A stretch of DNA of 64,000 nt from Candidatus Gastranaerophilales bacterium (GTDB taxonomy: Bacteria; Cyanobacteriota; Vampirovibrionia; Gastranaerophilales; Gastranaerophilaceae), in NCBI GenBank assembly GCA_017402995.1, contig JAFQOV010000004.1, positions 54,485-118,484 of the forward strand. The letters run 5' to 3'. Positions 52,558 to 62,451 of the stretch are shown here, one piece after another. Made by a program: the position numbers and the translations under genes. Numbering within the stretch: the first letter of the stretch is position 1; each line of letters starts with the position of its first letter. Below the pieces are notes generated by a model. The model ran no database searches and had not been told where the DNA came from. It saw nothing but the letters and a program-made list of their open reading frames with translations.

Positions 52558-53265
52558 TTAAAACTGACCTTTTTTCAATATTTTTCTTAAAATTTTATAA
52601 TTTGGACAAATTTTTTCAACTTCTGCCCAAAATTTTGAAGAATGATTTTTGACTTTTGTATGAACAAACTCATGGATTAAAACGTAATCTATAATATCAA
52701 AATCATATGACATTAAATTAATATTTAGGCTGATATTATTTTGATATGAACAACTTCCAAAGCGCGTTTTTTGGTTACGCAAAGACACTTTGTTATATTT
52801 GAAGGAATATTTTTTTGCCAAAAATTCTAATCTTTGCGGTAAATAATTTTGCGCTTCTATTTTTAAAGCTTTTAAATATGCCTTCTTAAATTCTTTTTGA
52901 ACGGTTGGATTTGAAAAAGCGAAATATTGCGGATATGAAAAATATATTTTTTTGTTTTTTGTCGAAATTTTAAAATCTTTATCTTTTAAAATTTCTAGAG
53001 TATCAAATTTTGTTTTAAAATTTTCATCAAAAACTTTTTTTGGCAAACTATAAGCTTTTATTTTTGAAAGATTATTAATCAAAAAATCTCTCGCGGTTGA
53101 ATACGCGCAAAAATAAGGCATTGTGACCAAAATAGTGTCATCTTGTTTTAGAGAAATTTTGATGTTTTTTGAAAAAATATGTTTTTTATATTTTATTTTA
53201 AAATTTTCTATTTCTTCTGTTTTGACAGTGTTTTTCTTTTTTCTTTTAAAAAATATATTATTCAT
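52558..53265 (-). CDS. YgjP/DUF45 (M48-like) metal-dependent hydrolase
   Basis: VLIHEFVHTKVKNHSSKFW (HExxH...NHS..FW). Confidence 0.78.
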   Translation of the reverse strand: MNNIFFKRKKKNTVKTEEIENFKIKYKKHIFSKNIKISLKQDDTILVTMPYFCAYSTARDFLINNLSKIKAYSLPKKVFDENFKTKFDTLEILKDKDFKISTKNKKIYFSYPQYFAFSNPTVQKEFKKAYLKALKIEAQNYLPQRLEFLAKKYSFKYNKVSLRNQKTRFGSCSYQNNISLNINLMSYDFDIIDYVLIHEFVHTKVKNHSSKFWAEVEKICPNYKILRKILKKGQF

Positions 53266-54853
53266 CTTTAAATATTTTTAAGTGTCTGTTTTTTCCTTCG
53301 CCAATGCTCACGGATTTATAGCCGTGTGCTTCAACAAGTTCGTGTTGAAGTTTTCTCACTTGTTGTTCTTGTGGCTCTAATTCCACAACTTCAGAGCCTT
53401 CGCCCAATTTTGCAATTGCAGCATTAGCTTCGTCTAGTGCTAATTCTGTTGAATCTTTGTAATTTTTAAAGCTATGAACCTCTTGGTTTTCTTGGGTTAA
53501 ATTTAGCGCTTCTTTTAAAACTCTTTGAATTTGGCTCATTGAATTTGTTCTGACAAAAAAGACAGGAAGGCGATATTCGTTTGCTGTTGCTAAAATTTTG
53601 CTTCCGCCTTTTGCAAAGTTTTTGTGCGCGATAACAAAATCCGCATCTTCAACGTTTCTGACAATTGTTGCGTCGATATCTAATCTTTCAATTAATTTAT
53701 CAACAATTGAGCGCGAAACAGCATAGATATAGATTTTTTTATGTTTTTTGTTTTCTTGAATGTATTTTTGTCTGTTGAAATTAAAGCTCAAAGAAGATTT
53801 TCCAGCTTGTTCAACTTTGTTTTCAAGCTCTTCTACTTTTTGCATTATATTTGTTGGATTTTTAGGTTCTTTATAATTTCCATCAACTTTTCTAATTTCA
53901 GGCGAAATTGGCCAACCGCGCAAAATGTAATCTACTGCGCTTGCGCTATCTTTATAAATTGACAAAGTGTTTCTGTCTATGATTTCGATAACAATATCAA
54001 AAGTTGGCTGTTTTTGGCGCTCTAGTACTGTTTTTTGACAACCTCTGTGTTTTGCTTCGTCGTCACCTAAAGTAACAGTATCGATACCACCAATTAAATC
54101 AGATAATGTTGGGTTTTTGATGAGGTTATCTAAAGTGTTACCATGTGCTGTTGCAATCAACATAACCCCGCGTTCTGCAATTGTTCTTGCGGCTTGAGCT
54201 TCGGCTTCTGTACCAATTTCGTCAACTACAATAACCTCGGGTGTATGATTTTCAACAGCTTCAATCATAATATCTTTTTGATATTCTGGTTGCGCTACTT
54301 GCATTCTTCTTGCTTTACCAATTGCTGGGTGCGCAACGTCGCCGTCGCCTGCAATTTCGTTTGATGTATCTACAACGACAACTCTTTTTCCAATTTCATC
54401 TGCCATAAGGCGAGTGATTTCTCTTAATTTTGTCGTTTTGCCAACGCCTGGGCGCCCTAAGAACAAAATTGATTTATTTTGAATTACAAAATCGCGAATA
54501 CATTCAATTGTGCCTGTAATAACGCGACCAATACGACAAGTCAAGCCGACAATTTTTCCTTGACGGTTTCTAATCGCACTAATTCTGTGTAGAGTTCCAG
54601 CAATGCCTGAGCGGTTATCATGGGTAAATTCTGGTAAACCATCGACAATATAGTCTAGGTCTTCTCTTGTAACATTTGCGTTGCCTAAAGATAAAATATT
54701 TCCATTCCCAAGTCTGACTTCCGGAATTCTTCCGATATCCAAAACAATTTCTATCGCTTCGTCTAATAGGCCTTCATAGATATTTGATTTTAGTCGAGGC
54801 GGTAAGATATCTATTAATTTTTCAATATCCGTTTGAAATTGCACTTCGCTCAT
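53258..54853 (-). CDS. AAA ATPase with C-terminal R3H domain (Ycf45 / SpoIIIAA-like)
   Basis: Walker A GRPGVGKTT, Walker B VIVVDEIG, C-terminal R3H-like GEGKNRHLKI. Confidence 0.75.
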   Translation of the reverse strand: MSEVQFQTDIEKLIDILPPRLKSNIYEGLLDEAIEIVLDIGRIPEVRLGNGNILSLGNANVTREDLDYIVDGLPEFTHDNRSGIAGTLHRISAIRNRQGKIVGLTCRIGRVITGTIECIRDFVIQNKSILFLGRPGVGKTTKLREITRLMADEIGKRVVVVDTSNEIAGDGDVAHPAIGKARRMQVAQPEYQKDIMIEAVENHTPEVIVVDEIGTEAEAQAARTIAERGVMLIATAHGNTLDNLIKNPTLSDLIGGIDTVTLGDDEAKHRGCQKTVLERQKQPTFDIVIEIIDRNTLSIYKDSASAVDYILRGWPISPEIRKVDGNYKEPKNPTNIMQKVEELENKVEQAGKSSLSFNFNRQKYIQENKKHKKIYIYAVSRSIVDKLIERLDIDATIVRNVEDADFVIAHKNFAKGGSKILATANEYRLPVFFVRTNSMSQIQRVLKEALNLTQENQEVHSFKNYKDSTELALDEANAAIAKLGEGSEVVELEPQEQQVRKLQHELVEAHGYKSVSIGEGKNRHLKIFKDE

Positions 54854-54943
54854 TTTTCTTTTGCCTTTTAACCTGTTTCTATTTATATTATTCCCTAAAT
54901 TTTAAACAAAAAACAAGTTTTTAATATTTCGAAATGTGCAATT

Positions 54944-55807
54944 TTAAAGAATTAAAGCTAAAATCATCAAAAGAATTGAACCAAGTTGCATGCCGGTTGA
55001 GGTAAATTTTTGGATTTTATTTGCCTCATATAATTTTGCTGTTTTTTGTGCATTTGCAGCAGCTTGAAGACGTTGAAGTCTTAACGAATCATCATCTGAT
55101 GAAAAATCGCGCTGGAAAATTTTGCGCTCTAGCCTGTTCAACCTTAAACCGACAGGGTCTTGGGAATATGTCTTTGAAAATAGCACCATTTCAAGACCTG
55201 CAAGCTGAATAAACATGTCAGACCCGTCATATTTATTTTGAGAGCCCATATATTGTTGAATATCATCTGTCATTTGATAAGGTTGCTCATAATAATAGCC
55301 GGTGTTTGGCTTTTGAGCTATCGTATCTTTTTTGATATAAGCCTTCAATCTATCTGTTCTAAGCGCTAAATCGCCATCTTGAGTTGAACCGAAAATCTTT
55401 TTTTCAAGGCGTTCAAGACGTTTGTAAATGTTTTCTTTTTGATATGTCGAATTAAAAATTTGATATTCTAATGTGTCAATTTGAGGGTAATTTACTTGTT
55501 CAACTTCGTTTTGTGCAATTTCATAGGCTGGTTTTAAGCTTTCCTCATAGCTTTCAATGCCTATTGTTTGGTTGATTTTGTCAATTCTTTGTTTTGTTGA
55601 AAGTTTTGAATTTGTCGAACCGAAAACATTGTTTTCAATGCGTTCTAGTCTTTTTTGGATATTATCTTTTGAATAATCAAAACCCCAAATTGTTTTTTCA
55701 ATCCTTGAAATATTCATTATTGAATCATCTTGCGAGGCAAATGCAAGATTAAAACCAAATAATAAAAATATTATTAAAATTATTAGTTTTTTTGTTTTCA
55801 TAACCAA
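54944..55807 (-). CDS. secreted/anchored hypothetical protein with three RLERxExK[IV]F[GQ] repeats and a C-terminal TM
   Basis: KRLERIENNVFGST, KRLERLEKKIFGST, LRLNRLERKIFQRD; signal peptide; C-terminal MQLGSILLMILALIL. Confidence 0.55.
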   Translation of the reverse strand: MVMKTKKLIILIIFLLFGFNLAFASQDDSIMNISRIEKTIWGFDYSKDNIQKRLERIENNVFGSTNSKLSTKQRIDKINQTIGIESYEESLKPAYEIAQNEVEQVNYPQIDTLEYQIFNSTYQKENIYKRLERLEKKIFGSTQDGDLALRTDRLKAYIKKDTIAQKPNTGYYYEQPYQMTDDIQQYMGSQNKYDGSDMFIQLAGLEMVLFSKTYSQDPVGLRLNRLERKIFQRDFSSDDDSLRLQRLQAAANAQKTAKLYEANKIQKFTSTGMQLGSILLMILALIL

Positions 55808-55876
55808 TATTATAGCAACAGCTTTGGATATTTTTCTTGTAAAATAGACTAGATGTTCTTAGCAAAAAGTCTTATT

Positions 55877-57379
55877 TTAAGCTTTTTGAGTCATTTTTTC
55901 TTCTACTAAAGTGCAAGTTAAATCAACAAGAGTGTCTTTATAATGATTACACTTTTCTTGAGTTTTTGCTTCGAAGCGAAGTGTGAAAACAGGCTCTGTA
56001 TTGCTTTGGCGAATTAGCGCAAAGCCATCTTCGAAGATTACTCTAAGCCCATCAATTGTGATGATTTCTTTGATTTTTGAACCAAACAATTCTTCATTTA
56101 CTTTAGCTTTCAATTCTTCTAAAACTTCTTTTTTAAGTTCATTAGGGCATTTTAGTCTGACTTCGTCAGATAAAAAGACTTTGTTGAATGGTTCTAATAA
56201 ATCTGTTAATTTGAAATTTGGATTGTTAATTTTGTTTTTAGCAACAATTTCAATTAGACGACAACCAGCATAAATTGCGTCGTCATAGCCATAATATCTA
56301 TCTTTAAAGAAAGTATGACCTGACATTTCACCAGCTAAAAGCGCGCCTGTTTCTTTCATTTTAGATTTAATATAACCATGACCTGTTTTTGTCATGATTG
56401 CTTTCGCGCCAAGCTCTTCGATTGTGTCATATAAAACTTGTGAACATTTAACTTCTGAAACAATGGTTGGGTGTTCGTTGTGTATTTTTAGGGATTTAAT
56501 TAAATCTTGCGCATAAATTAAAAGTAATTTATCGCCAGAAATTATTGTTCCATCTGGACCAATTGCGCCAATTCTATCTGAATCGCCATCAAATGCGATA
56601 CCAAAATCAGCATTTTCTTCAACTACCTTTTTTCTAATAGCATCAAGCGTTTTGATATCTGAAGGGTTTGGGTGGTGGTTTGGAAAAGAGCCATCAGGTT
56701 CAGAAAACAGTTCAACAACTTCGCAACCCAAGTCGCGATATAGTTGCGGAGCAACAATTCCGCCTGTTGCATTTGCGCTATCTACAACAACTTTAATCCC
56801 TTTTCCAACGCGACCAAACATGTCCGCGATTTTTGATTGATAGTTTGAAACAATATCATATTCTTTTGAAAAACCGCCGATAATTTGTCTATATCCGCTA
56901 TCTTTTGCGATTAAATCTTCTGTAATTCTTTTAATTTCTTTGATTTGTTCTTCATTTAAGCTTTGTTTATCGAAAGTCATTTTAAGACCGTTATATTCAC
57001 TTGGATTATGAGAAGCTGTGATGATAAGTGCGCCTAGAATTTTTTTACCCTCTGTGATTTCGGGTTCAATTTTTGCAAATTCGCTAAAATAGCCAAGTGG
57101 AGTTGGCGCCAAGCCTAAATCTAAAACATTTGCACCCATAGAGGTAACGCCTTGGATAATTGCTTTTTTAAGCTCAAGCGAGTGCAATCTTGCATCCATA
57201 CAAACTGTAAACAAAAGCTCGCGCACAGTTTTTTCAGAGCCTTGTTTTTTTAATTGCTCTAAAACAAATGTTACATAGGCTTTTGCTGCCACAAAAAACA
57301 TTTGCGCATTGACTTCTGATGGGAAAATTCCGCGGATATCGTTTTTGCCAAAAGCTTTTGTATTAATGTTATTGACCAT
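55877..57379 (-). CDS. phosphomannomutase/phosphoglucomutase (alpha-D-phosphohexomutase)
   Basis: TASHNPSEYNGLK active-site Ser loop; FDGDSDR metal loop; GEMSGH sugar loop. Confidence 0.87.
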   Translation of the reverse strand: MVNNINTKAFGKNDIRGIFPSEVNAQMFFVAAKAYVTFVLEQLKKQGSEKTVRELLFTVCMDARLHSLELKKAIIQGVTSMGANVLDLGLAPTPLGYFSEFAKIEPEITEGKKILGALIITASHNPSEYNGLKMTFDKQSLNEEQIKEIKRITEDLIAKDSGYRQIIGGFSKEYDIVSNYQSKIADMFGRVGKGIKVVVDSANATGGIVAPQLYRDLGCEVVELFSEPDGSFPNHHPNPSDIKTLDAIRKKVVEENADFGIAFDGDSDRIGAIGPDGTIISGDKLLLIYAQDLIKSLKIHNEHPTIVSEVKCSQVLYDTIEELGAKAIMTKTGHGYIKSKMKETGALLAGEMSGHTFFKDRYYGYDDAIYAGCRLIEIVAKNKINNPNFKLTDLLEPFNKVFLSDEVRLKCPNELKKEVLEELKAKVNEELFGSKIKEIITIDGLRVIFEDGFALIRQSNTEPVFTLRFEAKTQEKCNHYKDTLVDLTCTLVEEKMTQKA

Positions 57380-57464
57380 TTTTCACCTCTATTGCGTCTC
57401 ATATAAATTATACACTAAAAATTTAATTGTAGCATTTTTGTGCGTTTAATTGTATAATTTCAGT

Positions 57465-58382
57465 ATGGAAAACGAATTTAAAATTACGCAGGAACAATTT
57501 GATAATTTACTTAAAATTTCAGATATTGAAATTGCAGCAGATACTCAAGAAGACGCTCATGATTTAATTTCAAGAGCTTTAATCGCACTTGAAAGAAAGT
57601 TAAATTTTTTCAACTATCCTTTGAGCTTTTTTACTGCCGAAGTTACAAATGTTTTAATCGTTGATGATACTGAATTATCAATTTTTCAATTGTCTGTAAT
57701 GTTGCAAAAAATTGGTATGAACGTATATGTTGCAAGAACAAAAGAAGAAGCCCTAGCTGAGTTTAAAAAGAAAAACTTTGATTTCTTAATTTTAGACCTA
57801 TATTTGCCAGATTATAAAGATGGCTTTGATTTAATTAAAGAAGCAAACAGAATTAAAAACGAAGAAAATAAAGACTTCAAAATCGTTGCAATTTCTGGTA
57901 CGGATAACCACGAAATTATTCAAGAAGCATATAAATTAGAAATTGACGAGTTCATCTCTAAAGCGCCACAATGGCACGAAAAAGTTTTAAAATTCATTTC
58001 AAATACTGTAAATAAAATTGCTTCAGATGAATATACAAGATTTTATGTTAATGACAATATCTGCGCTTTGACTTTGTACAAAATTAACAACGAAAAATAT
58101 GTTGATAAAGTTATTAAAGAAGTCAACGCAAACGTTTTAACTGGAAAACCAAACATCATCTTTAACATGGAACATATTAAAATCTTCTCAGATAGCTATG
58201 CAAACTTGTTTTCGGAAGTTTACAAAGCAACAAGCGCTAAAGATGGCATGTTTATTTTGGTTAAACCTTGTGATGACGTTATGCGCGCGCTGGAATATGT
58301 CTTTTTAACTGAAACAATTCAAGTTTTCAACACAATGGAAGAGGCTGTTGAATTTGTTGAAATGAACAATTTAATTTTCTAG
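57465..58382 (+). CDS. response regulator: receiver domain plus C-terminal STAS-like domain
   Basis: REC: VLIVDDTE...FDFLILDLYLPD...; the C-terminal region has an anti-sigma-antagonist-like pattern (FNMEHIKIFSDSYANLF...MFILVKP). The ATG at 57465 sits 7 nt after TATAAT (57453-57458). Confidence 0.68.
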   Translation: MENEFKITQEQFDNLLKISDIEIAADTQEDAHDLISRALIALERKLNFFNYPLSFFTAEVTNVLIVDDTELSIFQLSVMLQKIGMNVYVARTKEEALAEFKKKNFDFLILDLYLPDYKDGFDLIKEANRIKNEENKDFKIVAISGTDNHEIIQEAYKLEIDEFISKAPQWHEKVLKFISNTVNKIASDEYTRFYVNDNICALTLYKINNEKYVDKVIKEVNANVLTGKPNIIFNMEHIKIFSDSYANLFSEVYKATSAKDGMFILVKPCDDVMRALEYVFLTETIQVFNTMEEAVEFVEMNNLIF

Positions 58383-59428
58383 ATTTCAATTAATTCGTTT
58401 TCAAGCTCTAACACGTTGAATGAATATTTTGTGATGTTTTTTGTTAAACTCAAAAGCTTTGTTTCGTCTTTTTGAGTTGTAATAAACGTGTTAATTTCGT
58501 GGTTTTTTGCAAGTTTAATCAAATATTCGATATCGCTTTTTTGATATTTATGATGATCATCAAATGCAATGGTTTCTGCTAGGTTGTAATATTTTTTTGC
58601 AAAATCAAAAAATTGCGTTGGTTGCCCAATGGCACAAAAAGCAATTGCTTTTTGGTTGTTTAATTTGATTTTTGCTTTTGAATTCATTTGATAAATTTTT
58701 GAAGGTTTCATTTTGCAAATGCTTGTTTTTAAATTGAATTTTTTGACCCAAGCAATCGCTTCTTCAATGTTTTCATCTCCTTTATCGACCAAGATGATTT
58801 CATCTGCACGCTTAATTTGGCTTAAAGGCTCTCTTAAAGGTCCGTAAGGCAAAAGGTGCGAATTTCCTGTTTTCATTTTTGAATCAAAAACCAAAATTGT
58901 TTTTGTTTTTTTGATTTTGCGATTTGAAAAACCGTCGTCTAAAATAATTGTATCAATTCCATATTTAACAATTGCAAATTCGGAGGCTTTAACCCTATTT
59001 GAACAAGCAATGACAACAACGTTATTATTTACTTTTTTTGCAAGTTGATATGCTTCATCTGAGCACATTGTGCCATCTTTAAATTTAATTCCCTTTAAAT
59101 CTTTAACAATTATTGGATTTTTATTAGATATTTTTGCGCCATATCCTCTTGAAATTACGGCAACTTTTTTTTCTTTAGATAATTTATTTGCAAGCATTGT
59201 AACAATTGGTGTTTTGCCAACTCCACCTGTTGTTAAATTACCAACGCAAATTACCTGAACACCTATATTTTTTTCTTTTAAAATTTTAATTTCATATAAA
59301 AAATTTTTGAAATTAATAATTATTTTATAAAAAAATTCCATAACACCAAGTGCGCATCTAAGGCTAAAAGGCGCTTTTGTGCGGTTATAGTGTATGTTTT
59401 GAAAATCATTTTTCTTAATTTTGAACAT
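58379..59428 (-). CDS. lpxK: tetraacyldisaccharide 4'-kinase
   Basis: VGNLTTGGVGKTPIV P-loop typical of LpxK; 349 aa. Confidence 0.85.
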   Translation of the reverse strand: MFKIKKNDFQNIHYNRTKAPFSLRCALGVMEFFYKIIINFKNFLYEIKILKEKNIGVQVICVGNLTTGGVGKTPIVTMLANKLSKEKKVAVISRGYGAKISNKNPIIVKDLKGIKFKDGTMCSDEAYQLAKKVNNNVVVIACSNRVKASEFAIVKYGIDTIILDDGFSNRKIKKTKTILVFDSKMKTGNSHLLPYGPLREPLSQIKRADEIILVDKGDENIEEAIAWVKKFNLKTSICKMKPSKIYQMNSKAKIKLNNQKAIAFCAIGQPTQFFDFAKKYYNLAETIAFDDHHKYQKSDIEYLIKLAKNHEINTFITTQKDETKLLSLTKNITKYSFNVLELENELIEI

Positions 59429-59430
59429 AA

Positions 59431-60792
59431 TTAGAACATCAATCTAAATAATAAAAATCTTTTGTTTAATTTTTCTGAGAATTTTTTAACATTTTTTGTG
59501 ATTGTTAAAACGTCAGAAACTGTTGATTTAAGCTTCAATTTTTCGCTATCTTGAAGTTGGTTATATTCTTCCATTACTTTTGCAATGTTTTGCGTGATTG
59601 ATGAAAGGTGTGTCACAGTTGAGGTGATATCTTCTTTTAGTTTCTCGTCTTTTGTAAATTCATTAACGTATGAACTAATTTCTGATAAATTTCTTGAAGT
59701 TTCATCAACATTTGCAATGATTTCTTTTGTTTGTTCGTCTTCTAAGATTTTATTAATGTTATCAGACATTCTGCCAATTGATTTTATGCTTGAAACAATA
59801 TCTTTTTTAAGGGCTTCATCAGAAACAATGTGGTTCAAGTTATCTGATAATAATGTTAAAGAGTCAATCAAGCCTTGAGATTGCGAGATTAGTGTTTCAA
59901 GCTCGTGTTTGCTTGAATCAATTAATAATGTTGCTTTATCAAGTGTTGTGTTTGCGCTTTGAGTTAATTCTTGGATATTTGTTATTGAAGTTTTTAAACT
60001 TCCAATAAATTCATCTGATAAAATTTCTGAAACTCTGTCGTTTGTTTCTGCTAAAGAACGAGCTGCTCTGAATTGCAAATCAAGAAAATCTGACATTCTC
60101 ATTGGCTCAATTACTGTATATTTCAACCCTTCTTTTGGCGCGATTGGAATTTCGCCATCTTCAATGTATAAAAATAATTTATTATCTTGCATTTTAACGC
60201 TTAAAGTGTCGTTGTTTAATAGTAATCCTGGAAGATTAATGTAATATGACAATTTAAGTGCGTGTTTTGTTGTGATTTTTTGTTTAAGGTTATATGGCAA
60301 TTGTGCTTTGTTTAAAATTTCTGCTTCAATAACTTTACCAACTTCTTTAACGCCATCAGATAATTCCATATATAATGATTGGTTTGGTTCAATTATTGTT
60401 TTAGTTTTTGATGTTTCAAGAAATAAAGTTTGTTCTTCTGGAGGGGTAACTTCCAAAAATTGTTCGCCAATGATACCAGATTGTTGAATAGAAATTGTTG
60501 AAGCATGTGGAATTTTAATTCCTTTTTCTGTTACAACAAATTTAAGTTTGACATAGCTATCTTTTCCGTTAATAACAGGGGTGATTTCCTCTACTTGTCC
60601 AATTCTAAGACCCATCATTTGAACAGCAGAACCTGCGCGCATGCCGTTGATATCGTTGAATGCGAGCTCAATTCTTTCTCCTGCTGACAAGCTTCTTCCT
60701 TTAACCCATAAAACTGTAAAAATCAAAATTGAAATTGCAGTTAATGTTAAAAAGCCGACCTTTAATGATGTTGTGTATCTTTTCTTTTCCAT
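59431..60792 (-). CDS. mlaD: MlaD/MCE-domain protein with long helical C-terminal extension
   Basis: N-terminal TM plus MCE domain (FNDINGMRAGSAVQMMGLRIGQVEEI); downstream of mlaE-mlaF. Confidence 0.7.
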   Translation of the reverse strand: MEKKRYTTSLKVGFLTLTAISILIFTVLWVKGRSLSAGERIELAFNDINGMRAGSAVQMMGLRIGQVEEITPVINGKDSYVKLKFVVTEKGIKIPHASTISIQQSGIIGEQFLEVTPPEEQTLFLETSKTKTIIEPNQSLYMELSDGVKEVGKVIEAEILNKAQLPYNLKQKITTKHALKLSYYINLPGLLLNNDTLSVKMQDNKLFLYIEDGEIPIAPKEGLKYTVIEPMRMSDFLDLQFRAARSLAETNDRVSEILSDEFIGSLKTSITNIQELTQSANTTLDKATLLIDSSKHELETLISQSQGLIDSLTLLSDNLNHIVSDEALKKDIVSSIKSIGRMSDNINKILEDEQTKEIIANVDETSRNLSEISSYVNEFTKDEKLKEDITSTVTHLSSITQNIAKVMEEYNQLQDSEKLKLKSTVSDVLTITKNVKKFSEKLNKRFLLFRLMF

Positions 60793-60801
60793 CTTTACCT
60801 C

Positions 60802-61527
60802 TTATTTTGTAGCTATGTTCATTGGACCTTGGATAGAAGCGCTCACAAATTGGCGAGCATATTCATTGTTTCCTTCTAAAAGCTCTTGAACACTGCCTTG
60901 GAAAACTATGTTTCCTTGATATAACATTATAACATAATCCACCGCTCTTTTAATTGTGGATAATTGGTGAGTAACAACAACGCATGAAGCGTTTAATTTA
61001 TTTTTTAAATGAACAATATAATCTTCAATCATTGTTGAAGTTACAGGGTCTAGCCCAGCTGTTGGTTCGTCGTATAAAATTATTTCTGGGTTTGTCACAA
61101 TGGCGCGCGCAAAGCCGACGCGTTTTTGCATACCGCCAGATAATTCTGATGGGAATTTTTCTTCAATTCCTTCTAAGCCAACCATTTTCAGCTTTTCTTC
61201 GACCATTTTTTTAATTTGTTTGTTCGAATATTTTTTTCTTAAATCTTTTCTTTCAACCAAAGGAAAAGCAATATTATCAAATACGTTTAAAAAATCAAAC
61301 AATGCGCTATATTGAAACGCCATTGCAACTTCTGAACCTTGTGGATAGATAATTTCGCCAGAGTCTTCATATAAAATTCCAGAAATGATTTTTAAAAGAG
61401 TAGATTTGCCAGAACCCGAAAACCCGACAACGCCGAGAGTTTGTCCGTTTTCAACTTTAAAAGAAATGTTATTTAAAACTTTTCTACCATCAAATGTTTT
61501 AACTAAATTTTTAACTTCTAATGACAT
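60802..61527 (-). CDS. mlaF: ABC transporter ATP-binding protein (MlaF-like)
   Basis: GFSGSGKST Walker A, LSGGMQKRV signature, ILYDEPTAGLD Walker B. Confidence 0.85.
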   Translation of the reverse strand: MSLEVKNLVKTFDGRKVLNNISFKVENGQTLGVVGFSGSGKSTLLKIISGILYEDSGEIIYPQGSEVAMAFQYSALFDFLNVFDNIAFPLVERKDLRKKYSNKQIKKMVEEKLKMVGLEGIEEKFPSELSGGMQKRVGFARAIVTNPEIILYDEPTAGLDPVTSTMIEDYIVHLKNKLNASCVVVTHQLSTIKRAVDYVIMLYQGNIVFQGSVQELLEGNNEYARQFVSASIQGPMNIATK

Positions 61528-61537
61528 CTAAACCTCT

Positions 61538-62335
61538 TTATAAATAGAATAGCGCTGCAAAAACAAAGTCCCAAACGGCAATTGCCAAAAACGACCAAAC
61601 AACTGCTTTTGTGGTTGAGATACCGACTTCTTTTGCACCACCTCTTGTTGAATATCCGCATGATGAGCTAATTAGCGCAATTGTTGCGCCAAATGTTGCA
61701 CATTTTAAAATTGCTATAAAAATATCTCTGACATATAAGCCATGCCAAAGTGATGTGATGTAGTTTAATAATGATAATTCTGCTGTCCAATTTGAAACAA
61801 AGCCTGCGCAAATTAGCCCAAAAGTCGCTGATACAATGAAAACAACTGGCATAAAGAAAAAGCCAGCCAAAACTCTTGGAACGATTAAATATTGCACCGG
61901 ATCAACTTTTAAAACTTTCATTGCGTTAATTTGCTCTGTTACAGACATTGAGGCAATCTCTGAGGCAAAAGATGAACCAACCATGGAAATTATCGCAAAA
62001 GCACTCATTACAGGTGCAAGTTCTCTAACCATAACCAAAGAAGATAACATTCCCGTATAATCTGCACCGCCTTGCTTTGCAAGTTCTGGTGCCAATTGCA
62101 TTGCAATAATTGAAGATGTCATTCCGACAATTGCCAAGCTGATTGGTAAGCTATCATAGGCAAAGCGCTTTGATTGCTCTAGTGTTTCTTTTAGATTAAC
62201 TTTTAATTTAAAAATACAATTAAAAACGCGCACAAAATCACGCCCAATGTTTCCAAGGGTGCAAAGAAACTCTTTAATTTCTTTCCAAAGCAAAAAAATG
62301 CTCTGGTAAGTAAGCGTTTTTTTAAGTTCGAACAT
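61538..62335 (-). CDS. mlaE: ABC transporter permease (MlaE-like)
   Basis: 265 aa, about 5 TM; position upstream of mlaF-mlaD. Confidence 0.78.
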   Translation of the reverse strand: MFELKKTLTYQSIFLLWKEIKEFLCTLGNIGRDFVRVFNCIFKLKVNLKETLEQSKRFAYDSLPISLAIVGMTSSIIAMQLAPELAKQGGADYTGMLSSLVMVRELAPVMSAFAIISMVGSSFASEIASMSVTEQINAMKVLKVDPVQYLIVPRVLAGFFFMPVVFIVSATFGLICAGFVSNWTAELSLLNYITSLWHGLYVRDIFIAILKCATFGATIALISSSCGYSTRGGAKEVGISTTKAVVWSFLAIAVWDFVFAALFYL

Positions 62336-62403
62336 ATCTCTATTTTATCTTAAAACCGTTTTAAAAGAACAAAAAAATGAACAAATTAGCCTATTTGAAC
62401 TAG

Positions 62404-62431
62404 AAAAGACCCCTTTAAAAGAGGTCTTTTC
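62404..62431. terminator. terminator-like hairpin between serA and mlaE
   Basis: aaaagacccc-tttaaaa-gaggtctttt. Confidence 0.6.
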
Positions 62432-62451
62432 TTAAATTACTATCCAATAAA

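Noticed and set aside
57450-57464. TTG start at 57450 for the response regulator
   Set aside because: This segment contains a TATAAT box (57453-57458). The ATG at 57465 is more plausible, possibly as a leaderless or short-leader mRNA, but this is unverified.
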